From Eremomyces bilateralis CBS 781.70 (lineage: Eukaryota), in assembly GCA_010015585.1 (NCBI GenBank), contig ML975151.1: 64,000 nt of DNA. The stretch is one strand, 5' to 3'. The notes beneath the pieces are model-generated. The model ran no database searches. It saw only the letters and a list, made by a program, of their open reading frames with translations, and had not been told where the DNA came from. Below are positions 1 through 12,403 of this stretch, one piece after another. The first letter of the stretch is position 1; each line of letters begins with the position of its first letter. The translations under genes and the position numbers were made by a program.

Positions 1-719
1 TCTCCGCGTCTATAACTTGCTCATCAATTGCCTTTTGCTCTGTCGGCTGTGGTGCTGTCGGCTCTGCGCCAGGTCTGGCGTCCGAACCGGCAGGCAATGA
101 GGTCGCTTCATGATCGGTTGCGAACGGGGTTGGAGACGTGGTTTTCGCAAATCCGGGCGCGGATGGTGAGGGTGCCGGTTCAGAAGGTGATATCGGAAGG
201 GAGGGTTTCACTATTGGAGGAGAGGGCGCGTTCTGAAAGCCATTTTGGAGAGTTGGAGGAAGAGGGATGGTTTCTTCGCGAAGTGTTCGACCTCTACAAA
301 GTGAGTTAGCAGTCGGACAAAAGTGATACAACCGGAAAGGGTCGTGGAAGTTCACTGGACGCGTTTTTGGCAATGCACGTACTTTGTAAGGTCATTTTGG
401 TCGAGGAAGTTGGCTTCGTCGGGGGTGGGCGGCGCGTCGACGGGCGGTAGGGTTGGGAGGCCCCCGACGTTGGTGCTAAAGGTGAACAGGGCCCGCAGAT
501 GGTCGCGGTGCAGCTCGGCGGATTTCCTAGAAAACGCGAATTAGAATCGCAACGCGGACGTGATAATTTCCATCAACGAAAATACGGTGTCGCATCGCGT
601 CCGGCAAGTGATATATGATGACGATGGCAATATTCCATCGCTGTGGAGGGCGCGACTTACAGGGCCTCTGCCTTCTTCGAGTTCCATATTGCCTCACGGA
701 CGTTCTCCAGTATGGACAT
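1..719 (-). CDS. EAF1: 5' part of probable NuA4 scaffold subunit EAF1/VID21 (runs off the window start)
   Basis: Hand-spliced exons read MSILENVREAIWNSKKAEAL / KSAELHRDHLRALF...EANFLDQNDLTK / GRTLREETIPLPP, followed by Pro/Ser-rich sequence. This resembles the recalled fungal Eaf1 N-terminus (FLDxNDxTKGR). Donors are GTAAGT and GTACGT. Confidence 0.55.
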
Positions 720-1889
720 GAAGACGCTATTCGGGGGGCAGAAAATCCGGCATTCCTGCGCAATGAAACGGAGGAAGTGTACAGAAGTGGAATTTTCGGC
801 GCGAATTGATGGAAATGATGGGGTTGATGGGCTCCGACGATGAATGCGTGGTGAAGTGATAGTGGTCGTGGTGGTGAGAAGAGTGATGGAGTGGAACAGT
901 GGAAGTGCCAATTGGGTGGAGGAAGTCGTGGTTTGGTGAGTGAGAGCTGGGTGGGTGAGAGAGTTGTGACTTGTGAGTGAATCCAGCAGAGAGACTGAGT
1001 GAAAGGAGTGACATGGAGGCGGTTTGCCCTGGCGGCCGGGGGGCTACTCCCTCCCCCTCCCCCTTACGGTTCACAGTTCACCTCACTGCAAAACTGCAAA
1101 GGCACCTGCTCTCGGCGGCGGGGATGTACGTAGTGTCACTTCTTACTTCTTAGAGATGTCCTCGCTTCCCTACTTCCTTACTTCCCTAATTACTTTTCTT
1201 CATCTTCAACTTCGGAATCATTACTATAGCGTGCCTTTCATGTTTTGATATAATTATTAGATTCTACTTATTGTTCGGAGCCAGTCATCATTATGTGATC
1301 CATTCAAAGTGCATGTCCAACCGTGGTGGTATGTCTGGACTGGTTGAGCCTACCATACTTCCAGGCATTGTGTCAAATGAAATCAACGACACTCAGGTCG
1401 AGGGAAGCTGTCTACCGGTAGCCTGGATTACCAAATACAGGTAGATATAAAATTCCTTGCTTCCGCTGCTTGAAAAATCGATGCTGGGGATGATGAACCG
1501 CCTGGTGAATCGTGGGAATTTATATATCGAGCGACCATCGCGGCCGTTCAATTGGAGGGCATTACAGGAGAACATGAGGCACTAGGCATCAGTATTTTAA
1601 TTACAGCCTTGATGCCTTACTGCCAGGTCTGGGTTGGGTTGGAGGGTTGGAGCAGAGGGTTTTGGAGGCTTCAACTAATACAGTCACGTGCAGCTGGAGG
1701 TCGGTTCATGTTCGGTTGATTTTCCCCTGCCCGCCACCAGAATGGTGCCTTGATGCCTCAGGTATCCACATCTTCTCCGGCCCAGCCACTGTTCTGCCCC
1801 ACCATCAATTCAGGTTCCATCCCCAAAATTTTATTTGGCCTGCACAATCCCCCAACTCCGACGAGACCATGCCCTGTAAACCATAGACA

Positions 1890-3494
1890 ATGAGTAAACG
1901 ACCTGCGGAATCTGACGCCGAGGGGTTAGATCCCCTCAAGTCGGGTAATCGGCCGGAAAACGGCCAGGATCTCGCCCATGAGGCCGGCGAATTCGAAGAC
2001 GAGTACGAAGATGAATTCGAAAGCGAGGACGAGATCATAGAGGCCGGCGTCGATGGACGGCCGGACGAGGAGCGGGAAGCGGAGGAGAAGGAAAATGGTC
2101 TGTCGCCGCTTCAGCCTTGACGTATACGATCTAATGGATCTCCCAGCCATGGACGTGGATCAGGAAATCTTCATTCCCGGACGAAGTAAACTGTCCGCCG
2201 GACAGACGTTACAAGCGGATCCTTCGACATATCATATGCTCCACAGCCTCCAAGCACCATGGCCATGCCTGTCCTGCGACATTGTCAAAGACCAGTTAGG
2301 CGACAACCGCAAGACGTATCCCGCCACGATCTACGCCGTTGCCGGCACGCAGGCTGCCCAGGGACGCGAGAAGGAGAACCAGCTCCTCGTCATGAAGCTG
2401 AGCAGTCTCTCCCGCATGGACAACGCCGAAGAATCCGACGAAGAGTCCGACGAGGACGAAGACGCCGACCCGATCCTGGAAACCAAATCCATCCCGCTCA
2501 ACTCCTGCACCAACCGCATCCGCACCTACCAACCCCCGCTCTCCTCCGCCGCCCACCCGCTGACCACCCTGACCGCCTCCATGATGGAGTCCGGCGAAGT
2601 CCTGATCCACGATGTCACCCCCCATCTCACCTCCTTCGACACCCCCGGCGCCACCATCACCCCAAAACAGAACAAGCCCGTCTCCACCATCCGCGCGCAC
2701 GCCGGCGTCGAAGGCTTCGCCATCGACTGGGCCCCCTCGAACGTCTACCCCACGGGGAAGCTCCTTACCGGCGACCTGTCCGGGAAGATCTTCTGCACGA
2801 CGCGCACCGACGGCGGCGGTCTGGCAACCGACACCACGCCGTACACTGGCCACGGGGGCTCGGTGGAAGAGCTCCAGTGGTCGCCATCCGAGAAGAACGT
2901 GTTCGCATCCGGCGGCGACGACGGGACCGTCCGCGTCTGGGATCTGCGCAGCAAGTCGCGCAAACCTGTCGTCACCGTGCAGGCCAGCGCGACCGACGTC
3001 AACGTGCTGAGCTGGTCGCGTCTGACGACGCATCTGCTGGCGTCGGGCCACGAGGACGGGAGCTGGAGCGTGTGGGACCTGCGGCAGTGGAAGCCGACCG
3101 CGGGATCGTCGGGGTCCGGGAGCGATCCGCTGCGGCCGACGCCGGTGGCCGGGTTTTCGTTCCATAAGGAGCAGATTACGTGTTTGGAATGGCATCCGAC
3201 CGACGATAGCATCATGCTGGTGGGTTCTGGTGACAACACCCTCACGCTGTGGGATTTGGCGGTGGAGTTCGACGATGAGGAAAGCAAGGATACGGGCGGG
3301 GTCCAGGACGTGCCGCCGCAGTTGTTGTTCGTGCATTACATGGACGAGGTCAAAGAGGGCCATTGGCATCCGCAAATCCCCGGGGTGGTGTTGGCGACGG
3401 GAAACAGTGGATTTGGGTAAGTGATCATCTGCTCGTTGTCACGATAGGATACTAACTTCAGGCGTCTAGGGCTTTCAAGACCATTAGCGTATAA
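1890..3494 (+). CDS. RRB1: Ribosome assembly WD40 protein Rrb1/GRWD1 (3 exons: ~1890-2097, 2147-3416, 3469-3494)
   Basis: Acidic N-terminus (GEFEDEYEDEFESEDE), WPCLSCD motif, WD repeats (SVEELQWSPSE, DVNVLSWS, EQITCLEWHP), DVPPQLLFVH, and C-terminal FKTISV. Confidence 0.95.
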
Positions 3495-3736
3495 ACAGGA
3501 TGATGCAGGATGATACCCAGAGCACTTCAGCCTATGTAGCTTTGCCAATACGACACATCATGCCAATCGTTGTACCTGCTCGGAATCTTTGAGTGACACT
3601 GCGGTGTCGTATGACAATCTTGACTCCGGATGCCTTATAGAGTCCCAGAAAACGCCCAACGTGAGAATGATCGGGTATCGCTGTCCCTCCCCATACGCCA
3701 TGTAAATGAACGGTACTCCTCCCCGTCCCAACCTCA

Positions 3737-4087
3737 TCATTTACTCGCCCGGTCGCTCCCGTCGCCCACTCGTTGCTGCGCTTGTATCGTCGCCTCGAGG
3801 CTGTCCAGTCGCTTCGACATGTCGTCCACTATTCCAGATCAGCGTCGTGCCGTGATAGATAGGCGTTGTGGATCGTGGTATACTCTTGGAGAACAGTTCG
3901 CTGGAGACGGTGGAGAACTTGGTGGCCAGCTGGTTCAACAGCGTGTCGACCGCCGTTGTCAGCTCGGCCGTGGAGTCGTTCGGAGCGGCCTGGACGAGGA
4001 GAACGTGTTAGCTAGGTGTTTTGCCCAGACAGAGAATCGGCTCACCCCTTCGTCGTCCAGTTTCAATTTCTCCGGGGAGACCGGCAT
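3737..4087 (-). CDS. HSBP1: Heat shock factor binding protein 1 (HSBP1) family small coiled-coil protein, 3 exons
   Basis: Spliced product MPVSPEKLKLDDEG / AAPNDSTAELTTAVDTLLNQLATKFSTVSSELFSK / MDDMSKRLDSLEATIQAQ matches the HSBP1 pattern. It is absent from the ORF track because of the introns. Confidence 0.85.
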
Positions 4088-4624
4088 GGCTGAGGTGGTG
4101 GAATGAATTCGGTGCTGAAGCAGGTGGAGGAGTGGAAAACAATGATCAACGACGTCCTGGTTCCCTTAGCTCCGGACAAGGTTCGCGAGACCAGTTTGAT
4201 AATTGATTACAGTATAGATTGCACACAGGCTTGTATACAACACGATATGGAGATTGGTATTACCTAGAATAACATGAAGAATGATCGGGGATGATCGAGG
4301 GGAGGGTGGATGCGGCTCTACGCCTCTCGTCCCCCCCATGAAGCCATGACCCTGGATTTAGTAATACGGGAATCCACACCAATCATCCAACCGCCAACCA
4401 AGCTTGGAGGCTCGGGGTTTCGGGGGAACTGTCGAGGGGAGGGTTCGACGTGACAAGGGGATGTACATGTAGTCTTGGGAGTTTGTAGACGGAGGAGGAT
4501 TCTTAATGCTGGCTGCCTCTCACACTTCAAATGGATCTCTCGGTGTGCTCTATTTACCGATTCCACATCTATTCTCCTGCATTGGTGTAGCCAGTAGCTG
4601 ACAGCATTGATTGAGATCATCACC

Positions 4625-5525
4625 ATGCGTGGGCTTTTCTGGGCAGCGCTTCCGCTGTTCCTAATGGCCGTCTGGATCTGGGCAGCGAACCTCTCGCGCA
4701 CCCATCCTATCCTCACGAACCAGCGGATTGGGTTGCTCATCGCGCATCCCGACGACGAAGTCATGTTCTTCGCGCCCACGCTGCTGGCATTGACCGATCC
4801 TGGCCTCGGAAACCACGTCCAGATCCTCTGCATGAGTAGCGGTGAGTGAAGGCAACCGGTTCCACCTCACGAGGCACGATGCTAACCGGCGATGGCGACC
4901 AGGCGACGCGGACGGACAGGGCGCGACGCGGAAGAAAGAGCTCGTCGAATCCGCCTTGGCCCTAGGCATCCGGTCCAGCGACGACGTCCTGGTCGTCGAC
5001 GAGCCCGATTTCCCGGATTCGATGACCATTGCATGGAACCCGCACCTCCTCGCCCGCCGGCTGGGTACGGCGTTCGCGCCCAACAGGAGCACCTCGTCCT
5101 CGGGTTCCCTTCCGAAACCGCCCATCGATTCGCTCATCACCTTCGACGCAGGCGGCGTCTCATCACACCCGAATCATCGGGCTTGTCATACCGGAGCGAC
5201 GACGTTCATCCACACCTCGATGCGCGAGCGCGCCGGTTGGGGCTCACCGGTTGAGTTGTACACGTTGACCAGCGTCAACCTCTGGAGAAAGTACGTTAGC
5301 TTCGTGGATGCGCCCTGGACCATGCTCTTGGCCATGAGGAGAGCGACCCACGAGTCGGGGTCGACACCGTCCTCATTGGTCTTCATGAGCGATCCCGCCG
5401 AGTACTGGAGAGCGCGCCAGGCCATGACACAGGCCCATAAAAGCCAAATGAGGTGGTTCCGATATGGGTGGATCACGCTGTCCCGATACATGGTCGTGAA
5501 TGACCTGCGCAGAGAGAACGAATAA
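4625..5525 (+). CDS. GPI12: N-acetylglucosaminyl-phosphatidylinositol de-N-acetylase (PIG-L), 2 exons
   Basis: N-terminal TM segment, AHPDDEVMFFAP motif, ITFDxGGVSSHPNH, and HKSQMRWFRYGW. Intron GTGAGT...CTAAC...CAG at ~4842-4901. Confidence 0.95.
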
Positions 5526-7037
5526 TGAACCATCCGTCCGGAATTGTCCCCGTCACAAATCGCTTGCGCGACAATGTCGTCTACCTTGTTGGGATATTGG
5601 GATCCTATGATCTGTCCTACAGCGCTATTGCCTTGAGGATCACGGACGTATATGGAAGAGCACGAGCATCCGGTAGCCAACACAATAGCGACACTCAACC
5701 GGGTCGCAATGCGATCGACAAGCGTAGTTCCTTGATCGATGCCTTGTGCGTTCGGGAATCGACCATGGTGTCGCAAACAAAAGCAAGATGAGATGGGATT
5801 CCTAAACCAGCAAATCGGCTGCCAGTGGCAGTTCGTGATAGCGGCATCTGAGCCCAGTATCCACTCGTGCTGACTCGCACTCCAATTCCCTTTTCCTAGA
5901 TGACGATCACCATCTGCGAATTGCGATTCTGCGTATCGCGCACCCCTTGGGGCTAGCCAACCTAAGAGCGCGGGGAACCGCTTCCGGCGAAGCCGCGAGG
6001 AATATGGCGCAACCGGGAAGCAAGTTCGTGGCGGGGGAGCCAATGGCGGTGGGGCGCGACGGTTTTGTTAGCATACGATGCTCTGGTGATTTGCGTTACC
6101 TTTTAAGGGATTGTTGATTGCTCGCATACGGGGATCCACTCTCTGTCGGCCCGTCGCGTGGTGCAGCGGATTGGTCTGCTTTTTACAGAGCTTGATGCCA
6201 GTTCGTGAGTTTGGAGGGTGCGTATCCTAGTCCATCGGATGTAGCCATACTGGTAACCTTCGTGCTGCGTCGTAAGGCTTCAGGCCGATCCACTTGCAAA
6301 GAGGCTCGGGGCTGTGCAGATACTTCGACATCGCCGCAGTTCTACATAGCACGGCCTTGTCGTGAGCCTTGTCGCGAGATATAAAAAGCCAGGTCAGTCA
6401 GTCCGTTCTTGTTCCATTTGCTACGATAATTCGTCGTACCTGGACGAACCCATTGCAAGCCGCTTCTAAGCTTCGAAGCACTGAATCGGTGTAAGCAGCC
6501 TTCCTTTTCCGTCCAACTCGACTCAGCCCTTTGGACTTAGCGTGTTTCATCCGCTCAAAGCGTATCCCCATAGGAGGACTCACCGAGATCTTTTTTTGAT
6601 CTTCCATTAATCTCCTTTGCAGCAAAACTTGACACTCAACAAATGTGAGCCGAGATGTTGGTGATGCAAGGGCAGCTTTCGTTGCTAACTTGGGGTGTCA
6701 AAGACGTGCGGCGATTGATACGCCGAGCCGTGAACTCCCCGTCATATATCCCAACTATTCAATAATTCAACGCATAACACGTAAGGGAGATTGTTCTATG
6801 CAGGGCGAACTGTATTGAACAACCGGACCAACGTGGAACTTAAACGGTATTCGCTCCATCATCGCCTTCAGTTCCGATTGCTCAAGGCAACCGACGACGA
6901 ATTCTGTCAATTCCACTCGTCAATGACGAAAGCCAGGCCGACCTATCAGATTCTACGACATCAACTGTTCCGTCCTGAATTACCTGGCAAAAATATCCAC
7001 CCTTCAAAGCCTTGATAGATGCCTACTGGCCATCCAA

Positions 7038-7634
7038 ATGTCCTCAAACTCGGCTTCCCAACGCCTGACGCTCTCTGCTCTGCCAACCGAGATGCACCTG
7101 GAGATTATATCCCATCTCTCGATCCCATCCCCTCAGCGGCTTCAACAAACCTCCCGCCACTTCTGTTCTCTCGTCAAGCGACCGACCTTGCGAACACTTC
7201 TTGAAGAGGAAAGCCTACCGTGGGCCCGCGAACAGCAGTACCTTACCTGTTCGGAATGCGTCAAGTTTCGCAAGCGATCCTCCTTCGCCGATGATATGAC
7301 GGTCGGGGAGTATTCACCCGGTTGTCTGAAGGCGTCGCAGCGCATGTGCATCTGGTGCGCTCTGCAAAATGACAAGTTCCCTCTCGGCACGCTGATGCGC
7401 GTGGGGGGGAGAACACATGTGGTGTGCTTGCAGTGCGGTCGATGTCGTTCGGAAATCGGCACAAAGGGCAGTCGAAGTTGTCGAGATTGCTGGGCACGGG
7501 AAGAGAAGGGAAGGATAGGGAAGCAGCAGAATTGGTGGAGTAGGCGCGGCGCTGGTAGGTACCCAGGAGATGGAGAAGTTGGAAGTGGATTTGAAGAAGA
7601 AGGAGTTTGGGATGTGTGTGATGAGTATGACTGA
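7038..7634 (+). CDS. F-box-like protein with Cys-rich C-terminus
   Basis: LSALPTEMHLEIISHL...LQQTSRHF is an F-box signature, followed by several CxxC pairs. Confidence 0.75.
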   Translation: MSSNSASQRLTLSALPTEMHLEIISHLSIPSPQRLQQTSRHFCSLVKRPTLRTLLEEESLPWAREQQYLTCSECVKFRKRSSFADDMTVGEYSPGCLKASQRMCIWCALQNDKFPLGTLMRVGGRTHVVCLQCGRCRSEIGTKGSRSCRDCWAREEKGRIGKQQNWWSRRGAGRYPGDGEVGSGFEEEGVWDVCDEYD

Positions 7635-10312
7635 AAGAGAAGGACGTCTACTGCCATCTGATGTGGAAGTGCAGCGGTCAAGTCAGTCATCAAACCCTAG
7701 CACTAGGCAATTCCTTTATACAAGAACTATGGAATTGGCAGGCGAGTAATTATCTAGGAACAGTTCTCCTTCGCATGGAGAAGGTTGGACTTTATGAGGA
7801 GGCGAACAATACCAGGGTCCGCCGAAGCGCTCAAGAGCATGGAAATATCAAGTTGACCGCCACACTGCGTGTTGCGAATGAACCTCCCTATCGAATATCG
7901 AGAGCAACTATAACCACCCCGAGGATCCCTGTCGTCGACTGTCCACTCTGCCCAGCGATTTACTGCCGGATTCAATACACAAGCATAAATGACTGGGTGT
8001 GTTAACAGGATTCCGAGAGTCATAGTGGCAGAAGGCGAGCATTCATAAGGGGTCAAAGACTGTCTTTCAATCCTCGCCGTCGATGCATTATGGATAGTAG
8101 CTGAAGGGGGTCTTCGAAGCTCATGGATACTTCTCGTGCCGCAAGCTATGTACAGTCTATCAATCATCTTCGCTGTACCGCATTGCTCTACTACTTCAGT
8201 CTGACGAGGGTACTTTGCAGCTCGCAGAAATCATGGCGAGGAAGCAAAAGCATGTGGCGAAACGCCTCCAAGTGGAGACCAGTCCGGCCCAAGCAATCCG
8301 ACCGATTCCTCAAAGCAAACCTGCTTCCGCTCCCGCGTTGCGACCATAGTCAATCCCTCGCGGTCGGCGGGACAGAAATCAGACGTTGAATCGGGCACAG
8401 CGTCGTTGCTTGCCAGTTCTGGTAGAGGCGATATCGAGGCAAATCAAGAAGCGAGCACTGCGCCTACATCCGGCCCAAGTAGAACCGAGAATCAGAACAA
8501 ACAATCAGGAAAGCTCGACTCTTTCCCCCCGCTTCGATCCGGATCGCGGCGCGGTTCCACCGAAATCATCTCGGTCAGATCGTCGGGATGTATGATGTTG
8601 ACACGGAGCAGCGCAGTTGTTCGCACGGCCTTTGACAGAGCGACTAATCTGCCACGCATGGAATGTTTTCGGGGTGGTGATCAGCGGCAAAATAGGTCTG
8701 CTACTGCAGTTGATATTGTGCCGAGTACTCCTCATCTCGAACAACCACAACGCTCCAGCCTGCCCAGTATTTCACGGGACGGCATCGCCCTAAGTTCGAC
8801 AGAAGAGACTGGCAGTTCTCAAATCTGTCATACGGGCCAACTGGAGAATTCAGCGCTCGGAGCACTAGCAGATCGCCTAGATCCTCCGGCGTCTATGAAG
8901 CGGCTGATCCCGAGTTAAAATAAGAGTACTGGGAGGGGCGCAGAGCGCTGGTTTATGATGGAGAAGTGGAAAGGCCCTCCATACCACTGCCTCCTGACAT
9001 CGCAACGTCTTCCACCAGATCTCAGCGCATCTCTTCAGAGGAGGGGAATGCAGGCTCTCATGACCCACAGCGAGCTTACCAGTACGAGGGCGTCTATCTC
9101 TCGGTGCTAGTGCCACCACCAACCCAGCCACGGTCCAATTTATCCCTCACAAGGGGGGCAAAGTTGAAGTCGTACTCGACGTTCTCCTAGCCCACTCACT
9201 GACAACCGCTATAACTGGGTCGCCACCACGTCCAACTCCTTCCTCCGCCGACCGCGCAGCAAGTCAGCAGATGTGTCGCCCCCTCGCTCCCCCAGGCATC
9301 GATCACCCATGGGGAGGTGGGCCGGAGGCGAGAGGGTGCCTAGGACGGTGAACTGGTGAAAATCGAATGGAATATCACGAAGGCGCGGAAATCAAGCGGG
9401 CATGCGTATTCGAAGATACCCAGGGGACGGTCGCGGTCAGGAAGAGAATAGGGAATATCGTAGCCACCACCTGGCTTTGACATGAACAAACCTAGGAAGC
9501 TGAGTTAGAGGGTACCGGTGGTTTATAGAAAGCTATTCGTCATTGACTATACCCCGTACTGCCTAGTTTTCTTGCCTTTCCATGCAAGACGGCATTCCAT
9601 GTCTACATGAGAACGGATTCTAAGGCTCTCATCCTACGACTGGCATTACCCACTCATGGCCCCAGGCCCTGCCTAATTCAAGGAACTGTGAGTTTTCATA
9701 TCAAAGTCCTGGCACGATATTTTCAGGACCGGTGTTGTAGATGCCGGTGTCGACAAGACATGATGTTTGCTAGTACACGAGCCCGGCTAGGCGATCGACG
9801 ACACACTTTTCCGCTGATTATCGACGATGGTACCCACCCGGAATATCTAATATAAACAGCAGTTGACTGTTGGAAACACATGTGGAAAGTTGAAGGTTTG
9901 CGAAGACCAGATAACGTAAGCTTGGTTTGTGATTAATGACATTGCCCTCTGACGTTGGACTTCAGATAAAAGCGACCATATGACACTAACAGACATTCTC
10001 TTACAGCGTTCGACCGTAAATATAGATCCCTCAGTGCAGTTCTCCTGCTTGCAACTCCCCCACATTTGTGGCGATGCAATATAATCCGGATATCCCATAG
10101 GCAAATTAAAACAGTCCATATGCTCCTCCCAACACCATGCAAGTAGTCTCGCAAGATATGAAAAGAAATCGCTGAAGAAATAGTTTGCAACAGAACGTGC
10201 AATGAGGCCCTGTGCAAAAAATTAAATGATCGTGCTCAACTACAGGATTCAATAGAGTACACGTTAACATGAGTTAGGTCACTCAAATCGGATGACCCTT
10301 ACCAGGTCAGCT

Positions 10313-12403
10313 CTAATATGCTCGCCCACCGTGACCCCTCCCAAACATCTCTTCCTCCGTCACCGCGCCCTCCCAGCTCTGCCTCCCGGCCCCCTCCTCC
10401 TGCTGCACCGGCTGTCCCGGCATCGGCGGCATCGGCAGCTGTGGCGACGGATAGTATCCCGTGCCCGTCCCGACGCCGCTGCTTACCGGCGTCCGATTCC
10501 CCAAGCTCGGACTCGGCTTCCCATAGCTCCCCGTTTCCTCGCTGATGAACCCGCGATCCGCCTCATCCAGATGCTCGCGGAATGACCCGCGATGGCTCGC
10601 CACGCTTTCGGGGCGCTGGGGGCTCAAGGGCGGGGGTATGAGTCCGGGCGCTCCGTAGTGAGGGTCGCGCGGATGAGGCGATGCGGGAGTCGTGGAGGCA
10701 TACGCGGGGCTGATAGCGGCGGCGGAGACGCTGATGTTACTGGTGTTGTCGGAGCGAATGGAACGGGGGGAGAGGAGGGAAGGGCCGGGGGATCCCTCGA
10801 TTTCGGATGGGGGGCCGTGTGGCTGGGTGAAGAAGCGAGGGTCGCCGGAGAGCTCGAAGACGGCGGGTCGGGACTCAAGTTCTTGCGAGGCGGGGGCATA
10901 GTGACCTTTATGGTCCTGTGAGGGGACGTAGTCGCCAAGTTCTTGTATGGAGGTGTCGTTGAGTTCGGTGGGATGGTCGAGAGGTGGTTTCTTATTGTCG
11001 GAGGCGGATAGGTCGAACGCAATGGGTTTGTCGTTGCCGTCCAGCTCGGGAGGAATCCGGCGGCGGGGTTTGCGGAAGCGGAAGAACCATATGGCAATGG
11101 CGCCAGCTAGGAGGAGCACGACGGCGCCAGCGACAATTCCGCCTATGGCACCGCCGGAGAGGTTAGTGGATGAGGGCGATTTAGAGTTGATGGGATTAAT
11201 GGTGACGATCTGAGCCGCGGATGTAGGGTCAAGGAACGTGGCCTGATTGACCGTGAAATTGGTTCGCTCGTGGTCAACGATGAGATATGCTTCTTGCAGG
11301 AATGTCCGGCCAAGGGTATACTGCGAATCGTTCGCAGCGCGACGGATCGGGAAGTAATTCGTCGGGTTCTTGTAATAAGGCCAACGGGCCTGGAGGTCGA
11401 AAGCCGCATAGGGGAGGACAATGTTGGTGCTGTTCCCATTGTCGTATGCAGTGTTTCCAAGTTTGAAGGTGATGGACGGCTTCAATTGCTGCATCTTCGA
11501 ACGCATGGTGTCATTAATTACGTAGAGCTCGGTCAGCTCGTCGTAAGTTAGGCCAAAAGCCTCTGCCATCAAGTCGCAAGCGTCTCGTGGCAACCATATA
11601 TCGGGTACGGTGCTGTCGATGACCGATAGATGTCCTTTAGGAGTGAAGGAGGCGACGCCAAGGAGTGTGTTCGATGCGATGATCGATTGTATGCCCACGG
11701 TCAATGCTCTTGAATCTTCTTCGGCGAAGCTGAAGGATAGCAATGAGGGATTGAAGCGGCTCGAGTCGTATCCTCCCAGAACTAGGTTTCCAAGTACTCG
11801 TTTCAGACGGTAAGGCGCTCCAGCAGTGTATCCATAGGAGAGAGAAGGGATCAAAGATTGGTTATACGCGTTGACGAGGAAGGAACTGAGGGTTGATGCC
11901 GATGAGGAGAAGCTGACCGGTCGGATTCCAAGCCCAAATATGCCCAGAAAATAATCTGTATCTGCGATACCGGCGACGATTTGTCTCCCTAAACCCAACG
12001 TGCCCGGATCCTGTGTCGAGCCCAAGGTGACGTTGTCGCTGCCGTAGTGTCCATGCCCTTCATACCCCAAACTTGCTTCCAAATCTAGAGTGTAGAGGCC
12101 GGTTTCCGTCCAGGTAGTACTTTCATTCCATAGAAAGCCTCGGCTCGATTGCCCGTTGAAAAGTTCGACACCGCGTTGTTGAGGACAGTCTTCCGGATCT
12201 CTCGAGGTGCACCCATCGGGCATTGGCACCCACGTTTCGGAGCCAGCCGTTGAAGGCAAGACACGGAAATTCTGGCCGGGTGTACCTATATGGATCCTAA
12301 AGGTTGACCAGCTTCCATCGTTTCCCTCCCATTCCTCCGAAGGACTGGCGACGTAAGGGGCAGGTGTGACGGTGTCGCGCCGTACGCGTCGCCGTTGGAA
12401 CAT
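10313..12403 (-). CDS. Pepsin-like (A1) aspartic-protease-fold membrane protein with degenerate active site
   Basis: GNDGSWSTF, IGTPGQNFRVLPST, LVLGGYD, IDST and LGRTFLQEAYL motifs; TM segment GAIGGIVAGAVVLLLAGAIAIWFF; long cytoplasmic tail. Confidence 0.9.
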   Translation of the reverse strand: MFQRRRVRRDTVTPAPYVASPSEEWEGNDGSWSTFRIHIGTPGQNFRVLPSTAGSETWVPMPDGCTSRDPEDCPQQRGVELFNGQSSRGFLWNESTTWTETGLYTLDLEASLGYEGHGHYGSDNVTLGSTQDPGTLGLGRQIVAGIADTDYFLGIFGLGIRPVSFSSSASTLSSFLVNAYNQSLIPSLSYGYTAGAPYRLKRVLGNLVLGGYDSSRFNPSLLSFSFAEEDSRALTVGIQSIIASNTLLGVASFTPKGHLSVIDSTVPDIWLPRDACDLMAEAFGLTYDELTELYVINDTMRSKMQQLKPSITFKLGNTAYDNGNSTNIVLPYAAFDLQARWPYYKNPTNYFPIRRAANDSQYTLGRTFLQEAYLIVDHERTNFTVNQATFLDPTSAAQIVTINPINSKSPSSTNLSGGAIGGIVAGAVVLLLAGAIAIWFFRFRKPRRRIPPELDGNDKPIAFDLSASDNKKPPLDHPTELNDTSIQELGDYVPSQDHKGHYAPASQELESRPAVFELSGDPRFFTQPHGPPSEIEGSPGPSLLSPRSIRSDNTSNISVSAAAISPAYASTTPASPHPRDPHYGAPGLIPPPLSPQRPESVASHRGSFREHLDEADRGFISEETGSYGKPSPSLGNRTPVSSGVGTGTGYYPSPQLPMPPMPGQPVQQEEGAGRQSWEGAVTEEEMFGRGHGGRAY

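Noticed and set aside
2259..3375. Long alternative-frame and antisense ORFs over RRB1
   Set aside because: Expected shadows of high GC3 codon bias, with no protein-like motifs.
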